Assembly (NCBI GenBank): GCA_050011835.1
Contig: JBEKII010000002.1
Location: 8,086 to 72,085 of the forward strand
Direction: 5' to 3'
Length of the DNA: 64,000 nucleotides
Source: Minisyncoccia bacterium
GTDB taxonomy: Bacteria > Patescibacteriota > Minisyncoccia > Phycocordibacterales > Phycocordibacteraceae
Of the stretch, positions 17,821-28,174 are shown piece after piece. How positions within the stretch are numbered: the first letter of the stretch is position 1; every line of letters begins with the position of its first letter. Below the pieces are notes generated by a model. The model saw only the letters and a list, made by a program, of their open reading frames with translations. It did no database searches and was not told the DNA's origin. The translations under genes and the position numbers were made by a program.

Positions 17821-20034
17821 ATGCCACGCACCCTCATCACTTCGTTCGCCGCTCTCATTCTTGTCATAGGCGCGGCGGGCGCGTTCGCGCCTGCCGCACA
17901 TGCCGCTCCACCCGCCAACTGTAATACCGGGAACAGGAGCTTGGGACAACTATGTTGTAGCAATGATTACTGTGATTCCACCTCTGGTTTGACTTGTAAC
18001 ACAACCAGTTACACCTGTGTCAACAGCACCGGCAACGCTGGCCCGAGCGTCACCAACCCGACCAGTCCCGCCGCTCAAGGGACACCGATATTATCGAGTG
18101 ACCTGGATTCTGGGTACAACCTCATCATGGTCAAAATTATGGGCCTCTTTGCGTGGCTCGTCGGCGTCTCGGCGATTACGCTTGACAACGTTGTGTATTA
18201 CACCGTTGTCGTAATGGGGAACTATGTAAAAGGTCTCACGGCTGTAGGCGTCACCTGGCGCATTTTGCGCGACCTGGCCAACATCGGGCTTATATTCGGC
18301 TTTATCGGGGCAGGTATCGCAACGATACTTGATGTTGAGAAATATGGGTGGGGTACGAAAATGCTTCCGATGCTTTTGGTCGCCGCGGTCGTCCTTAATT
18401 TTTCACTTTTTATTTCTGAAGCAATGATTGACGCCACCAATCTCTTTGCGACCGAATTCTATACGCAAATTAACGGTGGCGTGCCGGCAGGAACACAAGA
18501 ATTGAACTTTGATAACATCAAAAACGCTCAAAATAATGGCATTGCAAACAAGATTATGGGGCAGTTAGGTCTTCAGACCATCTATGGCAATGCGATAACG
18601 AATCCACAAATTTTCCAGGGCGCTAATCCGTGGTTCGTCGGCTTTATGGGCGTTATACTTTTTCTCGTCACCGCATTTGTGATGTTTTCGCTCGCATTTA
18701 TACTCATTATACGTTTCGTCGCGCTCATTTTCCTCATTCTTCTCTCCCCGGTCGGTTTTATGGGACTCGCGATACCCCAGCTAAAGTATCGAGCAGGTCA
18801 GTGGTGGACTAATTTCCTTGAGCAAATTGTCGTCGCGCCGGTCCTGCTGCTCTTGCTCTACGTGGCTCTTGCGGTTATCACTGATGCACAGTTTCTCACC
18901 GGTTTTGGCGCGACTAAAAACCCCAACGCATGGACTGGTTGGGCCGCTTCCGGAGGTCTCACCGGCTTCGCAGGCCTATTACTCTCTTTCCTCGTTGCGA
19001 TTGGGCTCCTTCTGGTGGTTGTTATCAAGGCAAAAAGCATGTCTGCCGCCGGCGCCAACTGGGCGACGAAGACCGCGGGAAAACTCACTTTCGGGGTAAC
19101 GGCATCAGTTGGACGCCGCACTGTTGGTCGCGCATCTAATTATACTGCGCGCAAGATTCGTTCCAGTGAGTGGGGCCAGCATAGCGAGCTGGGCCGGATG
19201 TTTGCCGGACTTGCCGACCGCGGAGCGAAAGCGAGTTTTGATGTGCGCGGTGCCGTAGGCGGTAGTTTGAAGAGTTATGTTGACGTTGGAGCCGCGCAAA
19301 AGGGCGGCTATCGAGCGCGAGAAGAAGAATTAATTAACGCCAGGACCGAATATGCCAAGTCGCTACGCCAATCGCCGGAACAAATAAAAATGGTTGAAGA
19401 TGCCACTGATGCGAAAAAGAAAGCAGGAGAGGAATATAAGAAAAATATGGCTCCACTCGAGGCGGAAGAGCAAAAACAACTCAAAATAACAAAAGAGATT
19501 GTTGACGCAAGCAATGAAGAGCTTAAACTTGAACGGAAAAAACTCGAAGAAGCGCGTCAGTCGTCGCCTTCTATGAACCCATACCGTGATTATCAGATTA
19601 AAACATACGAAGCGGCATATAATGAGAAATTACTTGCGCACCAAAAGCTCCAGGAAGAAGAAAGCAAGAAACTAGATCCAATCCGCACGAAAATTGAGGA
19701 TGAGAAGAAACACTATACAGGCGTAATCACCAAGCAACAAGAAATTATTGATAAGAATACAAAGGGAGGTATTCAAAAGGAGTACGCAGAATCGCTACAG
19801 GAAAAAACACTTCTTGGAATTCCGCGTGCGCCGTATGACTGGACAACAGCGGTCGGTTCGGCTCGGCACGAAGCGGCTGGTAAAATTCTTGGCGAGTTAA
19901 AGAAGGACCCAACCCAAATAGCCGTGGAAAAGCTTCAAGCTGCAGTAGAAAAAGCGGAGAAAGTAACAGGCCCACGCAGTGAGGAAAAGAAGGGGGGAAG
20001 TAAACCAGAAAATACGGAAAAGAAACCCACATAA
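17821..20034 (+). CDS. Polytopic membrane protein with VirB6/TrbL-like architecture. It has a signal peptide, a Cys-rich ectodomain, ~6 TM helices and a long K/E-rich coiled-coil tail.
   Basis: Start refined to the Met before the signal peptide (MPRTLITSFAALILVIGAAGAFAPAAHA). There is a Cys-rich segment (CNTGNRSLGQLCCSNDYCDSTSGLTCNTTSYTC) and multiple long hydrophobic helices. The C-terminal ~330 aa are charged coiled-coil. The topology resembles TrbL/VirB6 conjugal-transfer proteins. This is a structural inference, not a motif match. Confidence 0.5.
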   Translation: MPRTLITSFAALILVIGAAGAFAPAAHAAPPANCNTGNRSLGQLCCSNDYCDSTSGLTCNTTSYTCVNSTGNAGPSVTNPTSPAAQGTPILSSDLDSGYNLIMVKIMGLFAWLVGVSAITLDNVVYYTVVVMGNYVKGLTAVGVTWRILRDLANIGLIFGFIGAGIATILDVEKYGWGTKMLPMLLVAAVVLNFSLFISEAMIDATNLFATEFYTQINGGVPAGTQELNFDNIKNAQNNGIANKIMGQLGLQTIYGNAITNPQIFQGANPWFVGFMGVILFLVTAFVMFSLAFILIIRFVALIFLILLSPVGFMGLAIPQLKYRAGQWWTNFLEQIVVAPVLLLLLYVALAVITDAQFLTGFGATKNPNAWTGWAASGGLTGFAGLLLSFLVAIGLLLVVVIKAKSMSAAGANWATKTAGKLTFGVTASVGRRTVGRASNYTARKIRSSEWGQHSELGRMFAGLADRGAKASFDVRGAVGGSLKSYVDVGAAQKGGYRAREEELINARTEYAKSLRQSPEQIKMVEDATDAKKKAGEEYKKNMAPLEAEEQKQLKITKEIVDASNEELKLERKKLEEARQSSPSMNPYRDYQIKTYEAAYNEKLLAHQKLQEEESKKLDPIRTKIEDEKKHYTGVITKQQEIIDKNTKGGIQKEYAESLQEKTLLGIPRAPYDWTTAVGSARHEAAGKILGELKKDPTQIAVEKLQAAVEKAEKVTGPRSEEKKGGSKPENTEKKPT

Positions 20035-20039
20035 TAACT

Positions 20040-20870
20040 ATGGCTGAACTCACTTTAGAAGAAAGCATTCAACAGATATTTCCAACGCTCCCGTTGCCAC
20101 TCCAGAAATTTTTTGAACAACGTGGGCCTAGCGAAACCGCGCATCTCCTTATGGAACGATATGCGCTCCACGTAGACCAAGGAACGATTCTTGAACAAGA
20201 ACTCATGTTTCTTCTTCTCGGTCTTAGGAGTCCGGATGAATTTGCGGAAGAACTATATGCGCAGTTACCCATATCGAGACAAACCGTTCTGGATATAATC
20301 ACCGACGTTAATCAAGAAGTTTTCGTTCCGTTGCGGGAAGAAGAAATGAAAAGTGGCGGGGCGAGGATGGAGCAGCAAGTAAAATCCGCGGCGGCGTCTG
20401 CGCCGCCGCGACCAATGAACATACCAGTGCCAAACTATGCGCCACGCCCGCCCGAAGTCAGCAAACCACCGGGCGTAATGGAACCGCCCCCGCAATCCCC
20501 GACATATTTTCACTCGGAGGATAGAATCGTTTCACAACCCATCATCTCCGTAATCCGCCCGCCGGCAGGCGGGAGCGAAAGAAGACCTCCTCGTCCTGTT
20601 GTAACGGCACCCGCTCGTCCTTTGCCGAGAGTTACGGATGACGCAGCGAAGCCGATGCCTGATGAAAAGCTTCTTGAAGATCATGAAGAGGCACATATTA
20701 ATTTTGATAAAACATCAGTACCGCCGAATCTTCCGGGAGTACTACCGTCTATCCAGCCGAAACCTACTCCTCCCGTTGCTTCCATTCCTTCTGCCCCTCC
20801 TCCTATCTCATCAAAACCTTATTCCGTTGACCCGTACCGCGAGCCGATTGATGAAAATAGCAATGCGTAG
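20040..20870 (+). CDS. Proline-rich hypothetical protein
   Basis: Globular N-terminal 100 aa, then a PxxP-rich disordered region. No TM. It follows the VirB6-like gene after 5 nt. Confidence 0.5.
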   Translation: MAELTLEESIQQIFPTLPLPLQKFFEQRGPSETAHLLMERYALHVDQGTILEQELMFLLLGLRSPDEFAEELYAQLPISRQTVLDIITDVNQEVFVPLREEEMKSGGARMEQQVKSAAASAPPRPMNIPVPNYAPRPPEVSKPPGVMEPPPQSPTYFHSEDRIVSQPIISVIRPPAGGSERRPPRPVVTAPARPLPRVTDDAAKPMPDEKLLEDHEEAHINFDKTSVPPNLPGVLPSIQPKPTPPVASIPSAPPPISSKPYSVDPYREPIDENSNA

Positions 20871-20911
20871 TTGCATTCCGTGCGCCATTCCTTTATATTA
20901 TTGCTGACCCT

Positions 20912-20946
20912 CGCGCCTGCCTGCGCAGGCAGGGGTCTTCTTTTTC
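20912..20946 (+). terminator. Rho-independent terminator upstream of rpsL
   Basis: CCTGCCTGC-GCAGGCAGG hairpin followed by a GGTCTTCTTTTTCTC U-tract. Confidence 0.5.
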
Positions 20947-20948
20947 TC

Positions 20949-21365
20949 ATGGCCACTATCAATCAACTCTCTAAGAGAGGTCGCAAGAATAAATCGTCTA
21001 AGACGAGCGTGCTCGCTCTTGCGCGCGGTTTTAATACGCTGAAGAATCGCCCGACGTTTTATCCGTCGCCTTTTAAGCGGGGCGTCTGCACGAAAGTGAC
21101 AACGAAAACTCCTCGGAAGCCGAACTCCGCTATTCGGAAAATCGCCCGTGTCCGTCTCACAAATGGAATGGAAGTCACCGCCTACATCCCGGGCATAGGG
21201 CATAATCTTCAGGAGCACTCGGTCGTGCTGCTTCGCGGCGGTCGCGTGAAGGATATTGGCGTGCAATACACTATTGTGCGCGGGAAGCTTGACACGAGCG
21301 GCGTTGAGAAACGCCACCGCGCCCGTTCGCGCTATGGCGCGAAGCGCCCGCGAGATAATACATAA
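20949..21365 (+). CDS. rpsL: 30S ribosomal protein S12
   Basis: MATINQL start. PNSA(I/L)RK and the conserved KKPNSALRK-like region ([21 protein letters not shown]). Confidence 0.95.
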   Translation: MATINQLSKRGRKNKSSKTSVLALARGFNTLKNRPTFYPSPFKRGVCTKVTTKTPRKPNSAIRKIARVRLTNGMEVTAYIPGIGHNLQEHSVVLLRGGRVKDIGVQYTIVRGKLDTSGVEKRHRARSRYGAKRPRDNT

Positions 21366-21369
21366 GAAT

Positions 21370-21834
21370 ATGCGCCGACCCCTGAAGAAAAAACGCGTGT
21401 GGCGTCCGGACCTCAAGTACGGTTCGGAGATGCTTTCTCGTTTTATTAATGCACTTATGTGGAATGGGAAAAAAGATACTGCACGTAGAGTTGTCTATGA
21501 TGCGCTCGCCACAATAGAGAAAGATGGTGCGAATCCTCTGGAAACATTTGAAGCGGCGCTACGTAACGTTTCACCTTTGATGGAAGTCCGTTCGCGCCGC
21601 GTCGGCGGAGCGAATTATCAAGTTCCGCGCGAAGTTCCGCAGAGTCGTCGTCTCGCACTCGCGTTTCGCTGGATCATCACTTCTGCCCGTTCAAAAAAAG
21701 GGAAACCGATGGCGGACAAGCTCGCTACAGAGCTCCTTCTCGCCTCCAAAAACGAAGGAGATGCGGTCAAGAAGAAAGAGGAGATGCATCGCATGGCAGA
21801 GGCCAACAAGGCCTTCGCTCACTTTGCATGGTAA
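21370..21834 (+). CDS. rpsG: 30S ribosomal protein S7
   Basis: MRRPLKKKRV...SRFINALMWNGKKDTARRVVYDAL is the typical S7 N-terminus. Confidence 0.95.
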   Translation: MRRPLKKKRVWRPDLKYGSEMLSRFINALMWNGKKDTARRVVYDALATIEKDGANPLETFEAALRNVSPLMEVRSRRVGGANYQVPREVPQSRRLALAFRWIITSARSKKGKPMADKLATELLLASKNEGDAVKKKEEMHRMAEANKAFAHFAW

Positions 21835-21884
21835 TTTTACGAAGTAAAATTATCCCGAGCTTGTCGAGGGATTACTTTTAAATT

Positions 21885-24032
21885 ATGAACCGCGATTATC
21901 CGCTTGAGAGAGTGCGCAATTTTGGCATCATCGCCCACATTGATGCGGGGAAGACGACCGCGAGCGAGCGCATCCTTTTTTATACGGGGAGCCAACACAA
22001 AATCGGCGAGGTGCACGAGGGCGAGACGACAACCGACTGGATGGAGCAGGAACGCGAGCGCGGCATCACCATTACCGCCGCCGCTATCACGTGTTTCTGG
22101 ACGAAAACTGATGAACCGAACAAAAAAGATACCGTAAAAAAATATCGTTTCAATATTATTGATACGCCGGGACACATTGATTTCACCGCCGAGGTAAAGC
22201 GTTCCATGCGCGTTTTGGACGGCGCGATTGTCGTTTTTGACGGAGTCGCGGGCGTTGAACCGCAGTCGGAGACCAACTGGCGCTATGCCGACGAAGTACA
22301 GGTGCCGCGCGTCTGCTTCATCAACAAGCTCGACCGCACAGGTGCGTCATTCGAGGATTCTTACGCAAGCATTCTCAATCGGCTCTCGCCGAAGGCGATA
22401 CGCATGCAAGTTCCTATCGGCGAAGAGACTGCGCACGAGGGTTCTATCGATCTGCTTACAATGAAGGCTTACACTTTTGCTGGTGAGAAAGGAGAAGAAG
22501 TGATTGAAGGAGAAATCCCGTCAACGCTTCTCGCGGATGCGAAAAAATATCGCGCCGAGCTTGTTGAACGCATCGTTGAGCAAAATGATGCGGCAATGAA
22601 TGCCTATCTTGAAGGTAAAGAGCCCTCGCTTGCAGAATTGAAAAAAATTCTCCGCGCTGCAGTTATTACAAACGAAATCTTTCCCGTCTATTGCGGAAGC
22701 GCGCTCAAGAACAAAGGCGTCCAGCTTGTTCTGGACGCCGTCGTTGATTTCTTGCCGTCGCCTCTTGACCTTCCCCCCGCAATTGGCACGAATCCAAAAA
22801 CAGGCGAACCGATTGAACGCCACGCGTCAGATGATGAGCCGTTTTGCGCGCTCGCCTTTAAACTTCAGACCGACCCGTTTGTCGGCGCGTTGACTTTCTT
22901 CCGCGTGTATTCGGGCACGCTTTCTGCCGGTTCGTATGTCTACAATTCAACGACGGAAACCAAAGAGCGCGTCGGGCGCATCGTGCGCCTGCAAGCCGAC
23001 AAGCGCGAAGAAGTTGAAAAGGTTTTCGCGGGAGAAATCGCCGCCGCTGTCGGCTTGAAAGATACGAAAACGTCGCACACGCTCTGTGATGAAGCGAATC
23101 CGATTGTCCTTGAGCAAATTAAATTTCCCGAACCGGTCGTGTCGCTTCGCATTGAACCGAAAACGAAAGCGGACCAAGAAAAAATGGGCATCGCGCTCCG
23201 CAAACTTTCGGACGAAGACCCGACGTTCCGCGTGACGACCGATGATGAAACCGGCGAAACCATTATTTCAGGAATGGGCGAACTGCATTTGGAAATTCTC
23301 GTTGAACGCATGAAGCGCGAATTCGGCGTCGTCGCGGATGTCGGGAAGCCGCAGGTGGCGTATCGCGAAACGGTTCTTGGCGCCGCGGAGGCCGAAGGGA
23401 AATATATCAGGCAGACCGGCGGCCGCGGCCAGTATGGTCATGTGAAAATTCGCATAAAGAAAATGGTGCCGGTCGTAGAAGGCGCGAAAATTTCCAAGAA
23501 CACCACGCGCGAAGACCATTTTGAATTTATCAACAACATCAAGGGCGGCGTCGTTCCGCAGGAATATATTCCGGCGGTGGAGAAGGGAATCCGCGAAGCG
23601 ATGGCGCGCGGCTTCCTCGCCGGCTTCCCGATGGTTGACATTTCTATTGACCTTTACGACGGCTCGTATCACGAAGTTGACTCTTCGGAAATCGCGTTCA
23701 AGATCGCGGCGTCAATGGCGTTTCAAGAAGCTGCGGGAAAGGCGAAAGCGGTTATTCTAGAGCCGATTATGCGCATTGAAGTCATCGTGCCGGAACAATT
23801 TATGGGCGACATCACCGGCAATCTCTCGGGAAAGCGCGGTCAGATAGAAGGCACGGAAGAACGCGGCATGAACAAAGTCGTGAAGGCAAAAGTGCCGCTC
23901 TCCGAAATGTTCGGCTATACCACGACGCTTCGCTCCATGACCGAAGGCCGCGGAAGCATGACGATGGAATTTGACCACTACGACACGGTCCCGAACAACA
24001 TCGCGCAGGAGATTATCGCGAGTAGGAAATAA
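21885..24032 (+). CDS. fusA: Elongation factor G
   Basis: [15 protein letters not shown]1 motif, [13 protein letters not shown]. 715 aa with the full domain set. Confidence 0.95.
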   Translation: MNRDYPLERVRNFGIIAHIDAGKTTASERILFYTGSQHKIGEVHEGETTTDWMEQERERGITITAAAITCFWTKTDEPNKKDTVKKYRFNIIDTPGHIDFTAEVKRSMRVLDGAIVVFDGVAGVEPQSETNWRYADEVQVPRVCFINKLDRTGASFEDSYASILNRLSPKAIRMQVPIGEETAHEGSIDLLTMKAYTFAGEKGEEVIEGEIPSTLLADAKKYRAELVERIVEQNDAAMNAYLEGKEPSLAELKKILRAAVITNEIFPVYCGSALKNKGVQLVLDAVVDFLPSPLDLPPAIGTNPKTGEPIERHASDDEPFCALAFKLQTDPFVGALTFFRVYSGTLSAGSYVYNSTTETKERVGRIVRLQADKREEVEKVFAGEIAAAVGLKDTKTSHTLCDEANPIVLEQIKFPEPVVSLRIEPKTKADQEKMGIALRKLSDEDPTFRVTTDDETGETIISGMGELHLEILVERMKREFGVVADVGKPQVAYRETVLGAAEAEGKYIRQTGGRGQYGHVKIRIKKMVPVVEGAKISKNTTREDHFEFINNIKGGVVPQEYIPAVEKGIREAMARGFLAGFPMVDISIDLYDGSYHEVDSSEIAFKIAASMAFQEAAGKAKAVILEPIMRIEVIVPEQFMGDITGNLSGKRGQIEGTEERGMNKVVKAKVPLSEMFGYTTTLRSMTEGRGSMTMEFDHYDTVPNNIAQEIIASRK

Positions 24033-24110
24033 AGCGTAGATTTCTACAAGGTTGAGCCTCATTTCGTTTTGTGTTATTCTAAATTTAGATTAAGCAGAAA
24101 GGAGGAAGTC

Positions 24111-24302
24111 ATGAATGAGTTAATGCAGTTTTGTTTTAAGACAAAGGGACGATTCCTCATTACACTCGGCTGTACACTGTTGGTTCTTTCCTTCGTAGCT
24201 CCGGTTCCGGAAGGAAACGTGATGTTGGTAATGGGACTTTTATCTTCTTGCATTGGAGTCATCGTCGCTTTGTGGAACATGGATTGTTGGAATGACAATT
24301 GA
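24111..24302 (+). CDS. Small two-TM membrane protein (63 aa) inserted between fusA and tuf
   Basis: SD AAAGGAGGAAG 5 nt before ATG (MNELMQF...), two hydrophobic helices, and a strong terminator immediately downstream. Confidence 0.5.
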   Translation: MNELMQFCFKTKGRFLITLGCTLLVLSFVAPVPEGNVMLVMGLLSSCIGVIVALWNMDCWNDN

Positions 24303-24304
24303 TC

Positions 24305-24354
24305 GAGGCCTGCAATTCGGTTGCTACAATCGAATTGCAGGCCTCAGCTTTTTA
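24305..24354 (+). terminator. Rho-independent terminator
   Basis: GAGGCCTGCAATTCG-gttgctacaat-CGAATTGCAGGCCTC perfect 15-bp stem followed by AGCTTTTTAT. Confidence 0.6.
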
Positions 24355-24464
24355 TCCCCGCGACGAGTTGCATTTCAATTTGTATTTGCGTATAGTATCT
24401 ACAACGCATTGAGGCGTCGTTTTTTTGCTGATTTATTAATTATCTTAATAATAACCCATTCGCT

Positions 24465-25661
24465 ATGGAATTTAATCGCAGCAAGCCGCACATGAACGTA
24501 GGCACCATCGGCCACGTGGACCACGGCAAGACGACTTTGACCGCGGGCATCCTTCATGTCCTTTCGATGTTGAAGGCGCAGGGCTACGATGCGCGTGTTG
24601 AGGGCGTTGACAAAATTGATAACGCACCGGAGGAAAAGGCGCGCGGCATCACTATTGCGCTTCACCATTCGGAATACGAAACCCCGAATCGCCATTACGC
24701 GCATATTGACGCGCCCGGACACGCTGACTATATCAAGAACATGATTACCGGTGCCGCACAGATGGACGGTGCCATTCTTGTGGTCGCCGCAACTGACGGC
24801 GTCATGCCGCAGACGCGCGAACACATCCTTCTCGCGAAGCAAGTGGGCCTTAAGAAGCTCATTGTCTTTCTCAATAAGGTGGACCTCGTATCCGAGGCAG
24901 ACCTCATTGACCTCGTTGAGGAGGAAGTACGCGAACTCCTCACAAAACAGGGCTACGACGGCGTTAATACGCCGATTATTCGTGGCTCGGGACTCAAGGC
25001 GCTTGACGCCAAAGACGCGAACGACAAATGGGCGGTGGACATGAAAACGCTCGTTGACACGATGGATACGTACTTTGACCTGCCGGAGCGCGAAACCAAG
25101 AAGCCATTCCTTATGCCGATTGAAGATATCTTTTCCATTGAAGGCCGCGGCACGGTGGTTACCGGTCGTATTGAACGTGGAGTCGTGAAAGTCGGGGAGG
25201 AGGTGGAAATTGTTGGTATAAAGCCAACGGCGAAGTCAACTGTCACTGGCATTGAAATGTTCAACAAGCAACTCCAAGAGGGAATTGCCGGAGACAATGC
25301 GGGCATTCTTCTGCGCGGCACGAAGAAAGAAGACGTGCATCGCGGACAAGTCCTCGCGAAGCCCGGCTCGGTTACGCCTCATACTGAATTTGATGCCGAG
25401 GTTTACATCTTGGGCAAGGATGAAGGCGGCCGCCATACGCCATTCTTCTCCGGCTACAAGCCGCAATTCTACATTCGCACGACGGATGTGACGGGCGAAG
25501 TCGTTCTCGCAGAAGGGAAGGAAATGGTCATGCCGGGTGATACGGTCACTTTCAAGGTGAAGCTCGTTGCGCCGGTCGCGCTTGAAGAGCAGCAACACTT
25601 TGCCATCCGTGAAGGTGGAAAAACAGTTGGCGCGGGAGTGGTAACAAAGATTACGGCATAA
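24465..25661 (+). CDS. tuf: Elongation factor Tu
   Basis: [37 protein letters not shown]. 398 aa. Confidence 0.95.
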   Translation: MEFNRSKPHMNVGTIGHVDHGKTTLTAGILHVLSMLKAQGYDARVEGVDKIDNAPEEKARGITIALHHSEYETPNRHYAHIDAPGHADYIKNMITGAAQMDGAILVVAATDGVMPQTREHILLAKQVGLKKLIVFLNKVDLVSEADLIDLVEEEVRELLTKQGYDGVNTPIIRGSGLKALDAKDANDKWAVDMKTLVDTMDTYFDLPERETKKPFLMPIEDIFSIEGRGTVVTGRIERGVVKVGEEVEIVGIKPTAKSTVTGIEMFNKQLQEGIAGDNAGILLRGTKKEDVHRGQVLAKPGSVTPHTEFDAEVYILGKDEGGRHTPFFSGYKPQFYIRTTDVTGEVVLAEGKEMVMPGDTVTFKVKLVAPVALEEQQHFAIREGGKTVGAGVVTKITA

Positions 25662-25683
25662 TTTCTGACTGCTGACTGATAAC

Positions 25684-26109
25684 ATGCCAACGAAAACGGC
25701 AACGAAGCCAAAAGTAAAGCGCGTAACGAAACGTGCTGCTACGCCCGCGAAATCTGTCGCTAAGCGAGTGAAAAAAATAGTTGCACCTGCCGTCGCTCCA
25801 GTGGAGCACAAGCTTCGCATTCGCGTGCGCGCGTATGAGCATAAGATTCTGGATCTCTCGGTGAAGCAAATCATGGACACCGCCGCGCGTTTTGACGCCG
25901 TCGTCGTTGGTCCCGTGCCGCTCCCGACCGAGATTAAGCGCTGGACGGTGAATCGCTCCACCTTCGTTCACAAAGACGCGCGCGAACAATTTGAGATGCG
26001 CATCCACAAACGCCTCATAGATATCATGAATCCCTCGCCGAAAGTGATTGAGGCCCTCACAAATCTCAATCTCCCTTCCGGTGTGACGATTGATGTAAAG
26101 ATGGTGTAA
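25684..26109 (+). CDS. rpsJ: 30S ribosomal protein S10, with a ~40-aa Lys/Ala-rich N-terminal extension
   Basis: Core LRIRVRAYEHKILDLSVKQIM...GPVPLPT is S10. Residues 1-40 are KxxK-rich and not found in typical S10. Confidence 0.9.
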   Translation: MPTKTATKPKVKRVTKRAATPAKSVAKRVKKIVAPAVAPVEHKLRIRVRAYEHKILDLSVKQIMDTAARFDAVVVGPVPLPTEIKRWTVNRSTFVHKDAREQFEMRIHKRLIDIMNPSPKVIEALTNLNLPSGVTIDVKMV

Positions 26110-26269
26110 ATCAATGGGCGTACTCGCGACTACGATTTACACCAATCCGCCACACGTCCGCGTGTGTTGGATGGTTTAAAAATCTCCAGAAGATTTTTCG
26201 CAAAACCGCCTGCATAGACGGTTTTGCATTTTCTTGATTTTCACATTCTGTATGTTAGCAAGACCTTCT

Positions 26270-26303
26270 CGGAGCCCCTAGTGTATCGGGGGCTCCTGTT
26301 TTT
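26270..26303 (+). terminator. Intrinsic terminator / attenuator in the rpsJ-rplC leader
   Basis: GGAGCCCC-tagtgtatc-GGGGGCTCC followed by TGTTTTTCTT. Confidence 0.5.
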
Positions 26304-26427
26304 CTTGCATCTTTTAGGCAAGTTGTGTAGAGTACCTTTAACGCTACGAACGTTCGCCAGTTGGCGAACGATCCTATGGCAAAGGGTTGCATAACCCAGC
26401 GCCATCGTTGGCGCATTTATTTTTTCA

Positions 26428-27042
26428 ATGAAATTCATTCTCGCAAAGAAAGAAGGAATGACCCGCGTGTTCGCGGAGGATGGCCGTGTGCGCGCTGGGA
26501 CGGTTCTTTCTGCGGACCCCGTTATCGTGACACAAGTGAAAACGAAAGATGGTAGGGACAAATATGCCGCCGTGCAAGTCGGCTTCGGCGTGCGCAAGGC
26601 GAAAAATATCAGCAAAGCTGTTTTGGGTCACACGAAAGGGAAAGGTTACACGGCGATTCGTGAATTCAAAACCGACGATGCGGCGAAAGTTGGCGACACA
26701 ATTGACACGTCCATTTTTGCCGTTGGTGACACCGTACGTGTCTCGGGCCTTTCCAAAGGAAAGGGCTTTGCTGGAGTGGTAAAGCGCCATGGATTTCATG
26801 GCGGGTCGCGCACACACGGCCAAAAACATTCCGAACACGAGCCGGGCGCTATCGGCGGCTCGGGCGGCCGCGCGGGCGGTCGTGTCGCTAAAGGTATTCG
26901 TATGGCCGGTCGCATGGGCCACGAGCGCGTGACAATCCAAAATCTCAAAGTGCTTGCCGTTGACGCGGCAGCAGGTAAAATAATCGTTTCGGGTGCAGTA
27001 CCGGGCGCGCGCGGCACACTTCTTGAGATTGTTTCTGACTAA
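26428..27042 (+). CDS. rplC: 50S ribosomal protein L3
   Basis: MKFILAKKEGMTRVF...VTQVKT is the typical L3 sequence. Confidence 0.95.
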   Translation: MKFILAKKEGMTRVFAEDGRVRAGTVLSADPVIVTQVKTKDGRDKYAAVQVGFGVRKAKNISKAVLGHTKGKGYTAIREFKTDDAAKVGDTIDTSIFAVGDTVRVSGLSKGKGFAGVVKRHGFHGGSRTHGQKHSEHEPGAIGGSGGRAGGRVAKGIRMAGRMGHERVTIQNLKVLAVDAAAGKIIVSGAVPGARGTLLEIVSD

Positions 27043-27052
27043 TTTGAATACT

Positions 27053-27778
27053 ATGGCAACCGCGAAAAAAATAATAACGAAAGCAGTGCGAGCGAAGAAA
27101 GCGACGACTTCTGCAAATGAAATGAAAATTTACTCAATGCAAGGGAAAGAAGTTGGCACTATCGCGCTCCCGAAGGAGATTTTCGGCATGCCATGGCGCA
27201 ATGATCTTGTGCATCAGGTAACGACGGCAATGCAGGCAAACGCGCGTCAGAATCGCGCGAGCACGAAAGACCGCTCCGAGGTCTCGGGCGGAGGGAAAAA
27301 GCCGTGGAAGCAGAAAGGGACCGGCCAGGCCCGTCACGGCTCAATTCGTTCACCGCTATGGCGCCATGGCGGCGTGACTTTCGGTCCGCGCTCGGAGCGC
27401 GACTATAGCGAAAAGATAAATCGCAAAATGCGTATCGGCGCGCTTGTCTCGGTACTTTCTCGGAAAGTTAAAGATGGAGAAGTCATCCTCGTTGACCAAT
27501 TTCTATTCGCCGCACCGAAAACAAAAGACGCGCTCAATGTGCTCGCAGCACTTTCAAAAGGGGCAAAGGTAGATTTGCTTTCGAGCAAAGGATCGAAGTT
27601 TATCGCACTCGCGTCATACAATCAGAACGCGATCAAGAGTTTCAATAATCTCCAATGTGTTGAAACTGGGGAGATTCGTAATTTGAATCCAGTAACCCTT
27701 CTTACGCACAAATATCTCATTATTGAGAATCCAGAAACGGCCTTCGCCGTGTTCTTGGTACGCGTCAAAGCCGCATAA
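27053..27778 (+). CDS. rplD: 50S ribosomal protein L4
   Basis: Start refined to MATAKK. Conserved GGGKKPWKQKGTGQARHGS motif. Confidence 0.93.
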   Translation: MATAKKIITKAVRAKKATTSANEMKIYSMQGKEVGTIALPKEIFGMPWRNDLVHQVTTAMQANARQNRASTKDRSEVSGGGKKPWKQKGTGQARHGSIRSPLWRHGGVTFGPRSERDYSEKINRKMRIGALVSVLSRKVKDGEVILVDQFLFAAPKTKDALNVLAALSKGAKVDLLSSKGSKFIALASYNQNAIKSFNNLQCVETGEIRNLNPVTLLTHKYLIIENPETAFAVFLVRVKAA

Positions 27779-27788
27779 TTAATTTCGT

Positions 27789-28172
27789 ATGGCACTATTC
27801 GGCAATAAGAAAGTGGAGAAGAAGGAAAAGAAAACGAAAAAGGAAAAGACCGTACGCGTTCGTCATGCGCGCGCCACAAAATTGAATGATGGCGTCGCGC
27901 ATGAAATCATTCGCGCGCCGTGGTTCTCCGAGAAGGCGCTCATCGTGACCGAAGAAGGCGTATATACCTTTGTCGTGCCGAAGCGAGCAACGAAGGCCGA
28001 GATTGCAGGCGCCATTAAAGAAATTTATAAAGTTGAACCGCGAGCGGTACGCATTGTGAATCTCTCCGGCAAGCGTAAGGCGTTACGCATGCGCCGCGGC
28101 GTGGGTCAACGTGCCGCGCGCCGCAAGGCCTATGTGTACCTAAATAAAGGGGACACTATACAATTTACTTAA
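27789..28172 (+). CDS. rplW: 50S ribosomal protein L23, with a Lys-rich N-terminal extension
   Basis: IIRAPWFSEKA...FVVPKRATKAEIAGAIKEIYKV is the L23 core. Confidence 0.9.
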   Translation: MALFGNKKVEKKEKKTKKEKTVRVRHARATKLNDGVAHEIIRAPWFSEKALIVTEEGVYTFVVPKRATKAEIAGAIKEIYKVEPRAVRIVNLSGKRKALRMRRGVGQRAARRKAYVYLNKGDTIQFT

Positions 28173-28174
28173 TT

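Noticed and set aside
23268-23672. Antisense ORFs inside fusA, tuf, rpsC/rplP, uvrD and rnj (for example 23268..23672, 25236..25961, 29695..30633, 12318..12761, 50011..50649) and the 6003..6593 ORF antisense to xerC/D
   Set aside because: They lie entirely within well-supported conserved genes on the opposite strand, in GC-rich sequence where long shadow ORFs are expected. They have no SD or start-context support.
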